A stretch of DNA of 64,000 bases from an uncultured Chitinophagales bacterium. GTDB lineage: Bacteria; Bacteroidota; Bacteroidia; Chitinophagales; JADIYW01. The notes under the pieces were generated by a model that was given only the letters and a program-made list of their open reading frames with translations, searched no databases and had not been told where the DNA came from. The stretch is taken from contig CAYYMF010000003.1 in the NCBI GenBank assembly GCA_964472755.1, positions 4,706-68,705 of the forward strand. The letters are read 5' to 3'. Every line of letters begins with the position of its first letter. Position 1 is the stretch's first letter. Positions 50,915-60,136 of the stretch are shown one piece after another. Position numbers and translations under genes: made by a program.

Positions 50915-52294
50915 TTACAATTCTATTCCTCTCAATTTTCTGAACAATTTCAAGGCGTATAAATCGGTCATTCCAGAAATAAAATCTAAGATTTTCATCG
51001 TTTTATTATAAGGCGTATCGTTTTCATCAAAAGCAAATTGGTTAGGCAATAATGCTAATATTTTTTGTTGTTCTTTCTCTCTCTTTTCCTTTGGCATCAA
51101 TGCCGAAGTAATAAATTCCTCTACCAAAACACTCATAATCCGAAACCCAGCAATTTCAATTTCTACTACTTTTTTATTGTTATAAATCTGACGAATATTA
51201 ATTTCAGTTAGCCTTTTGAAAATATCTATAAATTCAGGAATGCCCTCAATCAAAGTACTTTCATAATTTCCTTTAATAATTTCTTCTCGTTTATCAAAAA
51301 ATACAAATGCACATTTATTGGTCAAAGTGCTGATACAATTGGCCCGTAAGTAAGCAACACATTCATTTCTATCATCTTTATATTCATCTAATCTTTGTTC
51401 TATATGCTCCAATTTTATCTTAGGATTCATCAAAATGATTTCCATAAAAATGGAACGAACTGTTTCGTATTCTAAAATACCTAAACGGTGTGCATCTTCA
51501 AAATCTATAATATTGTAGCAAATATCATCAGCAGCTTCTACTAAATAAACAAAAGGATGTCGTTTGAAAGCAATTAAATCGGTGGTCGTATCTGGAAGCA
51601 TATTTAATTCTTGACAGATTTCTAAAAAAACGGTCTCATCAGCTTTAAAATAACCGTATTTCTTTCTGTGAATCTTTCCTTTCTTACCTTCACTCGCTAA
51701 TGATTCACAAGGATATTTTAAGATAGCTCCAATTGTGGAATAAGTTAGCTTAAAACCACCTCGAGGTTTGTTTTTTTGATTTTGAGTAATAATTCTTAAC
51801 GCATTGGCATTACCTTCAAAAGTGATTAAATCTTTCCATTCATTTTTTGAAAACTGACTTTTAAATTTATTATCTTCAGATTTTTCTGTATCTCTTTTTC
51901 TAAAATACTTAGAGATTGCTTCTTCGCCAGAATGACCAAATGCTGGATTTCCCATATCGTGTGCTAAACAAGCAGCACTTATTACATTTTTTAAATTATC
52001 ACGATAAAAGGCTTTTGCTTTTTTATCCTTTTTTACTTCTTCTAATTCAATTAATAATTCACCCACCATTTTTCCCAAAGAACGACCAACGCTTGCGACT
52101 TCTAAAGAATGTGTCAATCTGTTATGGACAAAAATCTCTTCAGGTAAAGGAAAAACTTGTGTTTTGTTTTGTAATCTCCGAAATGCACTAGAAAAAACAA
52201 TACGATCCCAATCTCTTTCATATTCTGTTCTATCATCTGTATCAATAGAAGGCGTTCCAAATCGTGTGTCGGAAAAGCAATTGTTCCAATTCAT
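50915..52294 (-). CDS. dgt: dGTP triphosphohydrolase-like HD-domain protein
   Basis: 459-aa ORF with HD motifs NRLTHSLEV and AACLAHDMGNPAFGH. The overall layout matches Flavobacteriia Dgt-like proteins. Confidence 0.88.
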   Translation of the reverse strand: MNWNNCFSDTRFGTPSIDTDDRTEYERDWDRIVFSSAFRRLQNKTQVFPLPEEIFVHNRLTHSLEVASVGRSLGKMVGELLIELEEVKKDKKAKAFYRDNLKNVISAACLAHDMGNPAFGHSGEEAISKYFRKRDTEKSEDNKFKSQFSKNEWKDLITFEGNANALRIITQNQKNKPRGGFKLTYSTIGAILKYPCESLASEGKKGKIHRKKYGYFKADETVFLEICQELNMLPDTTTDLIAFKRHPFVYLVEAADDICYNIIDFEDAHRLGILEYETVRSIFMEIILMNPKIKLEHIEQRLDEYKDDRNECVAYLRANCISTLTNKCAFVFFDKREEIIKGNYESTLIEGIPEFIDIFKRLTEINIRQIYNNKKVVEIEIAGFRIMSVLVEEFITSALMPKEKREKEQQKILALLPNQFAFDENDTPYNKTMKILDFISGMTDLYALKLFRKLRGIEL

Positions 52295-52350
52295 TGTTTT
52301 GTCAATTGATTGAATGACAAAGATACAATTCTAAGAATATCTTTTTAAAA

Positions 52351-52531
52351 AATTTCTGTCTCGGTTTGTGTCTTCACGAATCAAAATAAAATATTTCTCC
52401 GTCTCGGTTCGTGTCTTCATGAAACGAAATAAAATGTATTATAAAAAAATAGTTCGTGAGGACATGAACCAATGCATAATTAGTTCGTGATGACACGAAC
52501 CAATACACATGATGACACGAATCAATGCGTA
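52351..52531. repeat. Array of five imperfect 7-4-7 palindromes (consensus GTTCGTG-N4-CACGAAC): two tandem ~42-bp units followed by three inverted ~30-bp units
   Basis: The units are GTTTGTGtcttCACGAAT (52363..52380), GTTCGTGtcttCATGAAA (52406..52423), GTTCGTGaggaCATGAAC (52451..52468), GTTCGTGatgaCACGAAC (52482..52499, perfect) and the half unit acacatgatgaCACGAAT (52504..52521). Flanks are conserved within each class: ATTTCT(CC)GTCTCG... and ...CAATRC. Confidence 0.85.
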
Positions 52532-52534
52532 AAC

Positions 52535-53332
52535 TTATAATTGAGCTACTAAATTTTCAATCTCTTGCTCATTGTAATTTTTGTAAATCGCAGAATTCTC
52601 TTTGTATTTTGCATTAGGATGATATATAAAGAAACAAGAACCGCCTTTAATAAGAGAAATGATTTCTTTACTTTTATTTTCTGGCAATGCAGGACAACCT
52701 TGACTTCTGCCTAATCTTCCATTTTGTTGGATATATTCATAACTTACATATTTAGCAGAATGGATAACCACACTTCGCATTCTTGCATTGCTATTAATTC
52801 CATTTTCCATTCCATCTAATTTTAGAGAAAGCCCATTTGCTCCGATATACGTTTCACTTGCAATAAATACACCTAAACTGCTTTGTAATGAATTTAGTGT
52901 ATTAGAAAAAGTTGATGCATAATTTTCTCCACTATTTTGTCCATGTGCACACAAGCTTTTAGAAATTATCTTTTTAGATTTTAAATTAATGATAAATAAT
53001 CTTTCTTCAGTTGATGGTTTAGAAAAATCTACCACAGTCAATATATCTTTATTTTTTAGTTGATTTTTTTTCAATAAAAAATGGTAAGCATTTAAAGACA
53101 TTTTTAAAGCCTCTGGAGCAATTGTGTTACAAGCATCAATCAATTCTTCTAAACAAACAGCATTGTTCACATCAGTAGATTGTACTTCATTAAATGATGG
53201 AAATTTTACCTCATCACTTTCAATGATATTGTATTGACTATTTTCATTGATTTTACTACTGCCGTAAGAGTTGAATGAATTTAAGGGTAATAAACAAATT
53301 GCCCAAATAAGTGTCATTGAATTTACTTTCAT
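52535..53332 (-). CDS. L,D-transpeptidase catalytic-domain family protein (YkuD-like)
   Basis: 265-aa ORF with a signal peptide and the active-site context HSAKYV...GRLGRSQGCPALP. Confidence 0.8.
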   Translation of the reverse strand: MKVNSMTLIWAICLLPLNSFNSYGSSKINENSQYNIIESDEVKFPSFNEVQSTDVNNAVCLEELIDACNTIAPEALKMSLNAYHFLLKKNQLKNKDILTVVDFSKPSTEERLFIINLKSKKIISKSLCAHGQNSGENYASTFSNTLNSLQSSLGVFIASETYIGANGLSLKLDGMENGINSNARMRSVVIHSAKYVSYEYIQQNGRLGRSQGCPALPENKSKEIISLIKGGSCFFIYHPNAKYKENSAIYKNYNEQEIENLVAQL

Positions 53333-53536
53333 TAAATTAAGTTTTTATGTTCGTGATTTCTATTCTTAAAAACCACAAAAAGTTTTCTACCTATTTTTCG
53401 GTATTCAAGATACATCAAAAACCTAATTCAATAACAAAAACAGCTGCGGGATTTTCTTAAAAAATTCCTAATTAGCACTTTTTTAGCAAGTTATTAACAA
53501 AATATATTAATTTGTGGAAGTTTAATAATCAATCAC

Positions 53537-54448
53537 TTACATTTTCAATCCCTGAAAATAAGAACGATTCAGTAGTTTAAATGTATTAAAATTGACATTG
53601 TATTTGCCACTAAAAAGAAAACGCATATTATACCTGAAGAATAAAAATACAATTCTAAGATAAGAAGTAAATAACTTCTGTTTACGTAAATAATAGATAT
53701 GATTACGAGTATTTAAGTGAATATAAAAGTCATTAAACTTAAATTTTTTAGCTGTTCCTTCTCTCATATTTGACAACCCTCCTACTTTATGATAAAATTG
53801 AGCATGCGGAAAATAGAGCAATTTATGTTTTCCTTGCTTATAAATTCTATAAAAAAAATCGGTGTCATCAAAATAAGCAAAAAACTTTTCATCCATTTTG
53901 CCAGTATCTTCAATTACTTCCTTTCGCATCAAAACACAAGCTGTTGGTGCGTAATCCATTGTTTCGATATTATTGTATTGTCCTTTATCTTCTTCCTGAA
54001 TGCCAATATGTGGAGCTAAATAACCATCGCTTTTTTTAAATTTTGTGCCAGCCCACCAAATCAGTTCTGTTTCTGGATGATACATCATTTTTGGTGCAAT
54101 CATACTCGTATTGAGTACATACAAATTAGTTACTAATTTCTCAAATAGTGTATATTCAAATTCTACATCGTTATTTAATAACATAATTAAATTGCAACCA
54201 TCTTCTAAGGCAGCTTGAATGCCTTGATTGTTGCCTTTTGCAACGCCTTCATTTTTATAATTTTGGATAATTTTTATTCTATTATCTTGACTATTTCTTA
54301 CAAAATTCAGTGTATCATCTTGGGAAATATTATCAACGACATAAAGAATAAAATCAGAATATGTTTGATTTAATATACTATCTAAAAATGCTTCAATAAC
54401 ATTTTTGCTATTATAAGTAACGGTAATGACACCAATTTTTTTTGTCAT
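53537..54448 (-). CDS. Glycosyltransferase family 2
   Basis: 303-aa ORF with a GT-A N-terminus (IGVITVTYNS..., DNISQDDT, LNNDVEF) and the DxD-like FDDTDFFYR. Confidence 0.85.
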   Translation of the reverse strand: MTKKIGVITVTYNSKNVIEAFLDSILNQTYSDFILYVVDNISQDDTLNFVRNSQDNRIKIIQNYKNEGVAKGNNQGIQAALEDGCNLIMLLNNDVEFEYTLFEKLVTNLYVLNTSMIAPKMMYHPETELIWWAGTKFKKSDGYLAPHIGIQEEDKGQYNNIETMDYAPTACVLMRKEVIEDTGKMDEKFFAYFDDTDFFYRIYKQGKHKLLYFPHAQFYHKVGGLSNMREGTAKKFKFNDFYIHLNTRNHIYYLRKQKLFTSYLRIVFLFFRYNMRFLFSGKYNVNFNTFKLLNRSYFQGLKM

Positions 54449-54460
54449 ATACCTACAAAA

Positions 54461-55714
54461 CTAAGCATTTAGTTGATTAATTACCAAACCTGATTTTAAT
54501 TTTGGTTCAAACCAAGTTGATTTTGGTGGCATAATTTGATTGGAATCTGCAACTTCCATTAATTGATTGATAGAAACTGGATAGAAAGCAAAAGCTAATT
54601 TCATTTCTCCGCTATCTACTCTTTTCTGCAACTCTCCTAAGCCACGTATGCCTCCAACAAAATCAATACGTTTATCTGTTCTTTGGTCTTGAATACCTAA
54701 AATTGGTGCTAATAAATAATTACTCAATATACTTACATCTAAAACTTCAATAGCGTTTGCATTTGCGTAAGTATTTTCTTTTGCTGTTAGTTTATACCAA
54801 TTACCATCAATATATAATGAAAATTCGTGTAATTGTGAAGGTTTGTAAATTGCAGAACCCATCTTTTCTACTTCAAAATTTTCTTGAATTTTTTCTAACA
54901 AATCAGCAGGACTCAAACCATTTGTATCTTTCACTAATCTATTATAATCTTGAATTTGTAATTGTTCAGAAGGAAATAAACAAGAAAGAAAATAATTAAA
55001 ACTTTCTGTTCCGTTGAAGTTTGGATTTTCTTCTCTCAATTGTCTGCCAACTTTTGCAGACGCAGCCGAACGATGATGCCCATCAGCTATATAAGAAAAA
55101 GGGACTTTCGTTTCAAATAGATTTTTTAATTGTGCAATAATTATTGCATCATTCACAACCCACAATTGATGTCTAACATCTTGACTGTCTAAAAAATCAT
55201 ATTCTACATTATGATTCTGAGTATAGTTATCTATCAAAGTATCAATTTCAGCAACAGAACGATAAGTTAAAAAAACCATTCCAGGCTGTGCCATTTTGGT
55301 TTTCATGTGTCTAATTCTATCATTTTCTTTGGCAACTAAAGTTAATTCATGTTTTCTAATAACATCATTAAAATAATCATCAATAGAAGAGCCAGCCACC
55401 AAACCTGTTTGTGTTCTACCATTCATAGTTTGAGCATAAATATACAAACAAGGTGTTTCGTCTTTAATCAAAATACCATCTTGGATAAATTGATTGAAAA
55501 TTTCATTACCTTTTGCATATACCTCATCAGCATATTGGTCAATTCCATTATCAAAATTAATTTCTGGTTTAGAAATTCTCAAAAATGAAATAGGATTTTC
55601 TTTAATTTCTTCTTTTGCTTCAGCAGAATTTAAAACATCATAAGGTTTTGCAGCTACCAAGTGTACAATATCTTTTCTAGGTCTAAGTCCTTTAAATGCG
55701 TTGATAGTTATCAT
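54461..55714 (-). CDS. DUF1015 domain-containing protein
   Basis: 417-aa ORF. The N-terminus MITINAFKGLRPRKD and the segment IADGHHRSAAS are characteristic of DUF1015. Confidence 0.8.
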   Translation of the reverse strand: MITINAFKGLRPRKDIVHLVAAKPYDVLNSAEAKEEIKENPISFLRISKPEINFDNGIDQYADEVYAKGNEIFNQFIQDGILIKDETPCLYIYAQTMNGRTQTGLVAGSSIDDYFNDVIRKHELTLVAKENDRIRHMKTKMAQPGMVFLTYRSVAEIDTLIDNYTQNHNVEYDFLDSQDVRHQLWVVNDAIIIAQLKNLFETKVPFSYIADGHHRSAASAKVGRQLREENPNFNGTESFNYFLSCLFPSEQLQIQDYNRLVKDTNGLSPADLLEKIQENFEVEKMGSAIYKPSQLHEFSLYIDGNWYKLTAKENTYANANAIEVLDVSILSNYLLAPILGIQDQRTDKRIDFVGGIRGLGELQKRVDSGEMKLAFAFYPVSINQLMEVADSNQIMPPKSTWFEPKLKSGLVINQLNA

Positions 55715-55747
55715 GAGTTTTTATTTGTTGATGTTCAGTTTAAGTAA

Positions 55748-56326
55748 TTATCGTGTCTGCTCAAATGCTTCAATTTTATTCTTGATGTTTAATAAATAAT
55801 CAATATCATCATAGCCATTGATTAAGCATGTTTTTTTATAGTCGTTAATTTCAAAACTTTCCGTTTGTCCATTTAAACTAATGGTTTGCTTTTCTAAACT
55901 AACTTCTAATTTTGTGTTTGCATCTGCACTAATCGCAGCAAAAATTGTTTTTAAAAACTCAGGAGAAACAACGACAGGAAGTACGCCATTATTTAATGCA
56001 TTATTTTTAAAGATATCTGCAAAAAATGAAGAAACAACTACTCTAAATCCATAATCATGAATTGCCCAAGCTGCATGTTCTCTCGATGAACCACAACCAA
56101 AATTTTTTCCAGCTACTAATATCGTTCCTTGATAATTTTTATTATTTAACACAAAATCAGGTTTCTCAGAATTGTCCGCATTAAATCGCCAATCTCTGAA
56201 TAAGTTTTCACCAAAACCTTCTCTGCTTGTTGCTTTCAAAAAACGAGCAGGAATAATTTGGTCTGTATCAATATCTTCAATATTTACAGGAACTGCACTT
56301 GATATTATCGTTGTAAATTTTTCCAT
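55748..56326 (-). CDS. leuD: 3-isopropylmalate dehydratase small subunit
   Basis: 192-aa ORF with [13 protein letters not shown]. Confidence 0.93.
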   Translation of the reverse strand: MEKFTTIISSAVPVNIEDIDTDQIIPARFLKATSREGFGENLFRDWRFNADNSEKPDFVLNNKNYQGTILVAGKNFGCGSSREHAAWAIHDYGFRVVVSSFFADIFKNNALNNGVLPVVVSPEFLKTIFAAISADANTKLEVSLEKQTISLNGQTESFEINDYKKTCLINGYDDIDYLLNIKNKIEAFEQTR

Positions 56327-56357
56327 TTTATATTTTTAAAATCCTAATTTAATTATC

Positions 56358-57743
56358 TTACAAAAGCGTTCTAACATCAACAATTTTTCCAGTAATTGCA
56401 GCAGCAGCAGCCGTTAGCGGACTAGCCAATAAAGTTCTTGAGTTGGGACCTTGTCTTCCTTCAAAATTTCTATTTGATGTAGAAATACAATATTTTCCTG
56501 CTGGAATTTTATCTTCGTTCATACCCAAACAAGCAGAACAACCTGGTTCTCTTAATTCCATTCCTGCTTCTTTTAAGATAATATCAATACCTTCTTCTTT
56601 TGCAATTCTTTCTACTTGTTTACTTCCTGGAACTATCCAAACAACCACATTTGACGCTTTTTGCTTCCCTTTTACCAATTGTGCAAACATTCTTAAATCT
56701 TCAATTCTTGAATTGGTACAGCTACCTAAAAAAACATAATCTATCGGCTTTTGTAATAACGATTCTCCTCGCTCGAAATTCATATACTGCAATGATTTAT
56801 CTAAACCCAAATCTTCTCCATTTGGATTTGGAATTTCATCAGAAATTTTAATGCCCATACCTGGATTCGTTCCGTAAGTAATCATCGGTTCAATATCTTC
56901 TGCCTCAAAAGTATATTCTTTATCAAAAACAGCATCTGTATCCGAAACTAATTGTTGCCATACTGTAACTGCTTTATCAAAATCAGCACCTTTCGGAGCA
57001 AATTCTCTTCCTTGTATATAATCAAAAGTCGTTTGGTCTGGAGCTATCATTCCACCTCTCGCCCCCATTTCTATGCTCATATTACAGATAGTCATACGAG
57101 CTTCCATGCTTAAACTTCTAATGGCAGTACCTGCAAACTCAATAAAATAACCTGTTCCTCCACTTGCTGTAATTTTAGATAATATATACAATACGATATC
57201 TTTAGAAACTACACCTTTACCAAGTTTGCCTTCAATATTGATACGCATTGTTTTGGGACGTGTTTGTAAAATGCATTGAGTAGCTAAAACTTGCTCTACT
57301 TCTGATGTTCCAATACCAAAAGCCACTGCACCAAAAGCTCCGTGTGTTGAAGTATGTGAATCTCCACAAACGATAGTCATTCCTGGTTGTGTAATTCCCA
57401 ATTCTGGTCCAATAACATGTACGATACCTTGAAATTTATGCCCTAAACCATATAACTCAATTCCGTGATTTGCACAATTTTTTATCAATGTATCCACCTG
57501 ATGTCTAGATAAAGCCTCTTTAATTGGCAAATGTTGATCTTTTGTTGGAACATTATGGTCGGCAGTTGCCACCGTTTGTTGTGGTCTAAATACTTTGATT
57601 CCTCGATTATCTAAACCTGTAAACGCCTGTGGCGTTGTTACTTCGTGTATAAAATGTCTGTCAATATAGACCACCTCTGGTCCATTTTGTATAGACTGAA
57701 CAATATGTTTTTCCCAAACTTTTTCAAATAATGTCTTACCCAT
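56358..57743 (-). CDS. leuC: 3-isopropylmalate dehydratase large subunit
   Basis: 461-aa ORF with aconitase-family Fe-S ligand contexts GSCTNSR and CSACLGMN. Confidence 0.95.
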   Translation of the reverse strand: MGKTLFEKVWEKHIVQSIQNGPEVVYIDRHFIHEVTTPQAFTGLDNRGIKVFRPQQTVATADHNVPTKDQHLPIKEALSRHQVDTLIKNCANHGIELYGLGHKFQGIVHVIGPELGITQPGMTIVCGDSHTSTHGAFGAVAFGIGTSEVEQVLATQCILQTRPKTMRINIEGKLGKGVVSKDIVLYILSKITASGGTGYFIEFAGTAIRSLSMEARMTICNMSIEMGARGGMIAPDQTTFDYIQGREFAPKGADFDKAVTVWQQLVSDTDAVFDKEYTFEAEDIEPMITYGTNPGMGIKISDEIPNPNGEDLGLDKSLQYMNFERGESLLQKPIDYVFLGSCTNSRIEDLRMFAQLVKGKQKASNVVVWIVPGSKQVERIAKEEGIDIILKEAGMELREPGCSACLGMNEDKIPAGKYCISTSNRNFEGRQGPNSRTLLASPLTAAAAAITGKIVDVRTLL

Positions 57744-57968
57744 AAATCTAAAGAATTAGCGTAAAATTATTGAAAATTAGAGCAATAAAAGGTGTTTTAC
57801 GATTAAGGTTTTATTAAAATAAATATTGGATAACTTTAATACTTAAAAATAAGTTTCATTTAATACGTTAAAATTACAATGAATCCACATAAACAAAAAA
57901 ACAACATCAACCATTGAAATTACAATTACTACATAATAGATTTCTACTTTAAATTTATTAAACATTCG

Positions 57969-57976
57969 TATATTTG
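57969..57976 (+). promoter_or_regulatory. Bacteroidota -7 box TATATTTG upstream of the HsdR_N-like gene
   Basis: Exact TAnnTTTG lies 45 nt upstream of ATG 58022. Confidence 0.4.
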
Positions 57977-58021
57977 GAAGTTAGTGGCTATATTACCAAA
58001 ACATTACATTGACAAGAACTT

Positions 58022-58834
58022 ATGGCGAAAGAAACAAAAGAACAAATTGCGGAAAAACTTGCAAACGAAGTAATCTCAAACGGGAAATCCAAACGAATGA
58101 AAGTCCGAACTTTGATTGGACATTTTGACTACGAAAAACGAACCGAAGATTGTGCAACAACCATTACCGAACTTTTAGCACAACAAAATATTTTACTCAA
58201 CCCAAGTATTATGAAACTTGGTGAAACTTGGCAGTTAAAATTAGACGACCGAGTTTATCTTATTGAACGGGCAAACGAAAACCTAGATGAAACTAAAATT
58301 GAAAACCTTGAAAGTGATATTTACGATTATCTATCGGACATTTGGTTTGACACAATACAAGAAAAAGTTTATAGGACAGAAAAGGAAGTTGAAAACAAAT
58401 TTATTCTACCTTTACTAAACCGACTTGGATTTTCTGATGACGACAGATACGATGGAATGATAATCAACACTTGCCACGGTTCAAAACAGACAAGTCTTGA
58501 AGTTGATTTTGCCTTATTCAACAGTGGAAACGAAAATTTGGACGGACAGACTCTGCTTGTTGCTGAAGCCAAAAAAGAAGAAAGGCATTACAAAAAAGTG
58601 GAACTTGACAAAGCCCAAAAACAAGTGAAAAGTTACGCTATTTGGTTGAGTTGTCATTTCGGGCTTGTAACAGATAGCAAAACAATCCAAGTAATTGACC
58701 TTTTCCCAAGTATAAACGGAATGAATATAATTTTTGAATGCAATAGAGAAGCACTAAAAGAAAATTTCGTAAACTTGTATAATATTATCAGTAAAACAGC
58801 ATTGACTAAATATTACGAGAAATTAATAACTTAA
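58022..58834 (+). CDS. Stand-alone PD-(D/E)xK nuclease-fold protein of the type I restriction HsdR N-terminal (HSDR_N) type, with an unassigned ~110-aa N-terminal domain
   Basis: 270-aa ORF. The C-terminal half reads TEKEVENKFILPLLNRLGF...SLEVDFALF...LLVAEAKKEE...QVKSYAIWLSCHFGLVTDSKTIQV (E...D...ExK...Q..Y...TDG/S pattern). No methylase, specificity or helicase gene is nearby. Confidence 0.7.
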   Translation: MAKETKEQIAEKLANEVISNGKSKRMKVRTLIGHFDYEKRTEDCATTITELLAQQNILLNPSIMKLGETWQLKLDDRVYLIERANENLDETKIENLESDIYDYLSDIWFDTIQEKVYRTEKEVENKFILPLLNRLGFSDDDRYDGMIINTCHGSKQTSLEVDFALFNSGNENLDGQTLLVAEAKKEERHYKKVELDKAQKQVKSYAIWLSCHFGLVTDSKTIQVIDLFPSINGMNIIFECNREALKENFVNLYNIISKTALTKYYEKLIT

Positions 58835-58894
58835 AAATACAGTAGCTTACGAGCAGTTTTGCAATAATGTCTTGTCCTAAAATAAGTTTACAGA

Positions 58895-59041
58895 TTGGAG
58901 CTAAGTAGTGAAAAATACTTAAAATGGCTTATTGAAAATTATCCTTTTATTTTCCAACGATTTCTGGCACAAAATATTGCCAATGTTATGGGTATTACCA
59001 ATGTATGGCTTTGCAATTTAAAATCAAAATTACGTTTTTAA
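58895..59041 (+). pseudogene. 3'-terminal remnant of a Crp/Fnr-family regulator gene (HTH part only)
   Basis: A 48-codon frame (TTG..TAA) reads ELSSEKYLKWLIENYPFIFQRFLAQNIANVMGITNVWLCNLKSKLRF. It aligns by eye with the C-terminus of the intact Crp gene in this window (EERYLKLVENNADLLNKVPLQYIASYIGVTPVSLSRIRKRI). Upstream frames are closed by stops at 58865 and 58883, and no cNMP-binding part is present. Confidence 0.5.
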
Positions 59042-59073
59042 ATTACTTTAAAATCTTCCTTGTTAATACCTAT

Positions 59074-59081
59074 TAACTTTG
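59074..59081 (+). promoter_or_regulatory. Bacteroidota -7 box TAACTTTG upstream of the SDR gene
   Basis: Exact TAnnTTTG lies 176 nt upstream of ATG 59258. Two short ORFs lie in between. Confidence 0.3.
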
Positions 59082-59257
59082 TATTGAAAAAAATCAGTAC
59101 AATGAAGTCTTATCAGCTAAATAAAGTATGGGTACAACTAAATTTACTTTTACTAAAGTTTTTCAAATTCAAGCCAACAACCTACCTATTGAAGAAACTA
59201 CATTAAAACAACTTTTACAATACACATACGAATTTATTAAAACCATAAATAAATAAC

Positions 59258-60076
59258 ATGAAAAAAACTGCATTAATAACAGGTGCCTCTTCTGACATGG
59301 GAAAGGAAACAGCTAAATTATTAGCAAAAAATGGATATACGGTATATGCATCTGCTCGGCGAGTAGAGAGAATGAAAGATTTAGAAGCATTAGGAATAAA
59401 AGCTTTAAACATTGATGTAACGGACGACAAGTCAATAATACAAGGATTACAGCAAATTTATGAAGAAGAAAACACGATAGATATACTCATTAATAATGCT
59501 GGATTTGGTGCTTATAGTGTTATTGAAGATATGAGCATCTCGGATGCAAAATACCAATTTGAAGTAAACTTATTTGGTGCTGCAAAATTAATACAATTAA
59601 TACTTCCAAAAATGCGTGAAAATAGATTTGGAAAGATTGTAAACATCACATCTGTAGGAGGAAAATTTGCCACACCATACGGCGGTTGGTATCACTCTAG
59701 TAAATTTGCATTGGAAGGGCTCAGTGATGCTCTACGTAACGAAGTTAAACAATTTGGCATTGATGTAATTATTATTGAACCAGGTGGTATAAAATCTGAA
59801 TGGAGTAGTATTGCCATGAAAAATCTTGCAAACAACTCCATACATTCAGCCTATAAAAACACAACGGATACTATGATTAAATTTATGAATAACCCAATGA
59901 TGATTAACAACAACTCAGAACCTAAAGTTATAGCAGAATTGACTCTAAAAGCGATTGAAGCCGTAAACCCTAAAGCAAGATATGTTGGAGGCTTTATGTC
60001 GTCTTCTATTTTATTTTGTAAAAAAATATTATCCGATAAACAATTCGACAACCTGCTTATGTTTCCATTAAAATAA
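59258..60076 (+). CDS. Short-chain dehydrogenase/reductase (classical SDR)
   Basis: 272-aa ORF with cofactor loop TGASSDMGKE, NNAG, and catalytic YHSSK (YxxxK). Confidence 0.9.
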   Translation: MKKTALITGASSDMGKETAKLLAKNGYTVYASARRVERMKDLEALGIKALNIDVTDDKSIIQGLQQIYEEENTIDILINNAGFGAYSVIEDMSISDAKYQFEVNLFGAAKLIQLILPKMRENRFGKIVNITSVGGKFATPYGGWYHSSKFALEGLSDALRNEVKQFGIDVIIIEPGGIKSEWSSIAMKNLANNSIHSAYKNTTDTMIKFMNNPMMINNNSEPKVIAELTLKAIEAVNPKARYVGGFMSSSILFCKKILSDKQFDNLLMFPLK

Positions 60077-60136
60077 TAATAACATCTAAATTATGACAGG
60101 ACCAACATCACATTTTTCTTGACACTTTTAGACAAA

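Noticed and set aside
52351-52531. CRISPR array
   Set aside because: The repeats are short palindromes with irregular spacing (about 25-47 bp centre to centre) and occur in both orientations. The 'spacers' are themselves conserved flanks, and no cas gene is in the window.
53349-53357. Extra half-site GTTCGTGAT in the promoter region of the L,D-transpeptidase-like gene (and GTTCGTGATGG inside the thiolase gene at 16089..16099) as further operator sites
   Set aside because: With this base composition, a given 9-mer of that make-up is expected about 0.4 times by chance in 2 x 64 kb. The coding-region hit shows that chance matches do occur. This is too weak to call.
58022-58834. Compositional (G+C / codon) evidence that the HsdR_N-like gene is foreign
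   Set aside because: A hand count of the first 120 nt gives about 37 % G+C, the same as the neighbouring SDR gene. CGA and CGT Arg codons are also used in ligA. No clear anomaly, so the insertion argument rests only on the Crp remnant and gene order.
59128-59256. 42-codon ORF (MGTTKFTFTKVFQIQANNLPIEETTLKQLLQYTYEFIKTINK) ending 1 nt before the SDR start, and the 7-codon ORF at 59102
   Set aside because: There is no recognisable motif, and I cannot test conservation. They may be a leader peptide or a remnant, but I cannot support a feature call.
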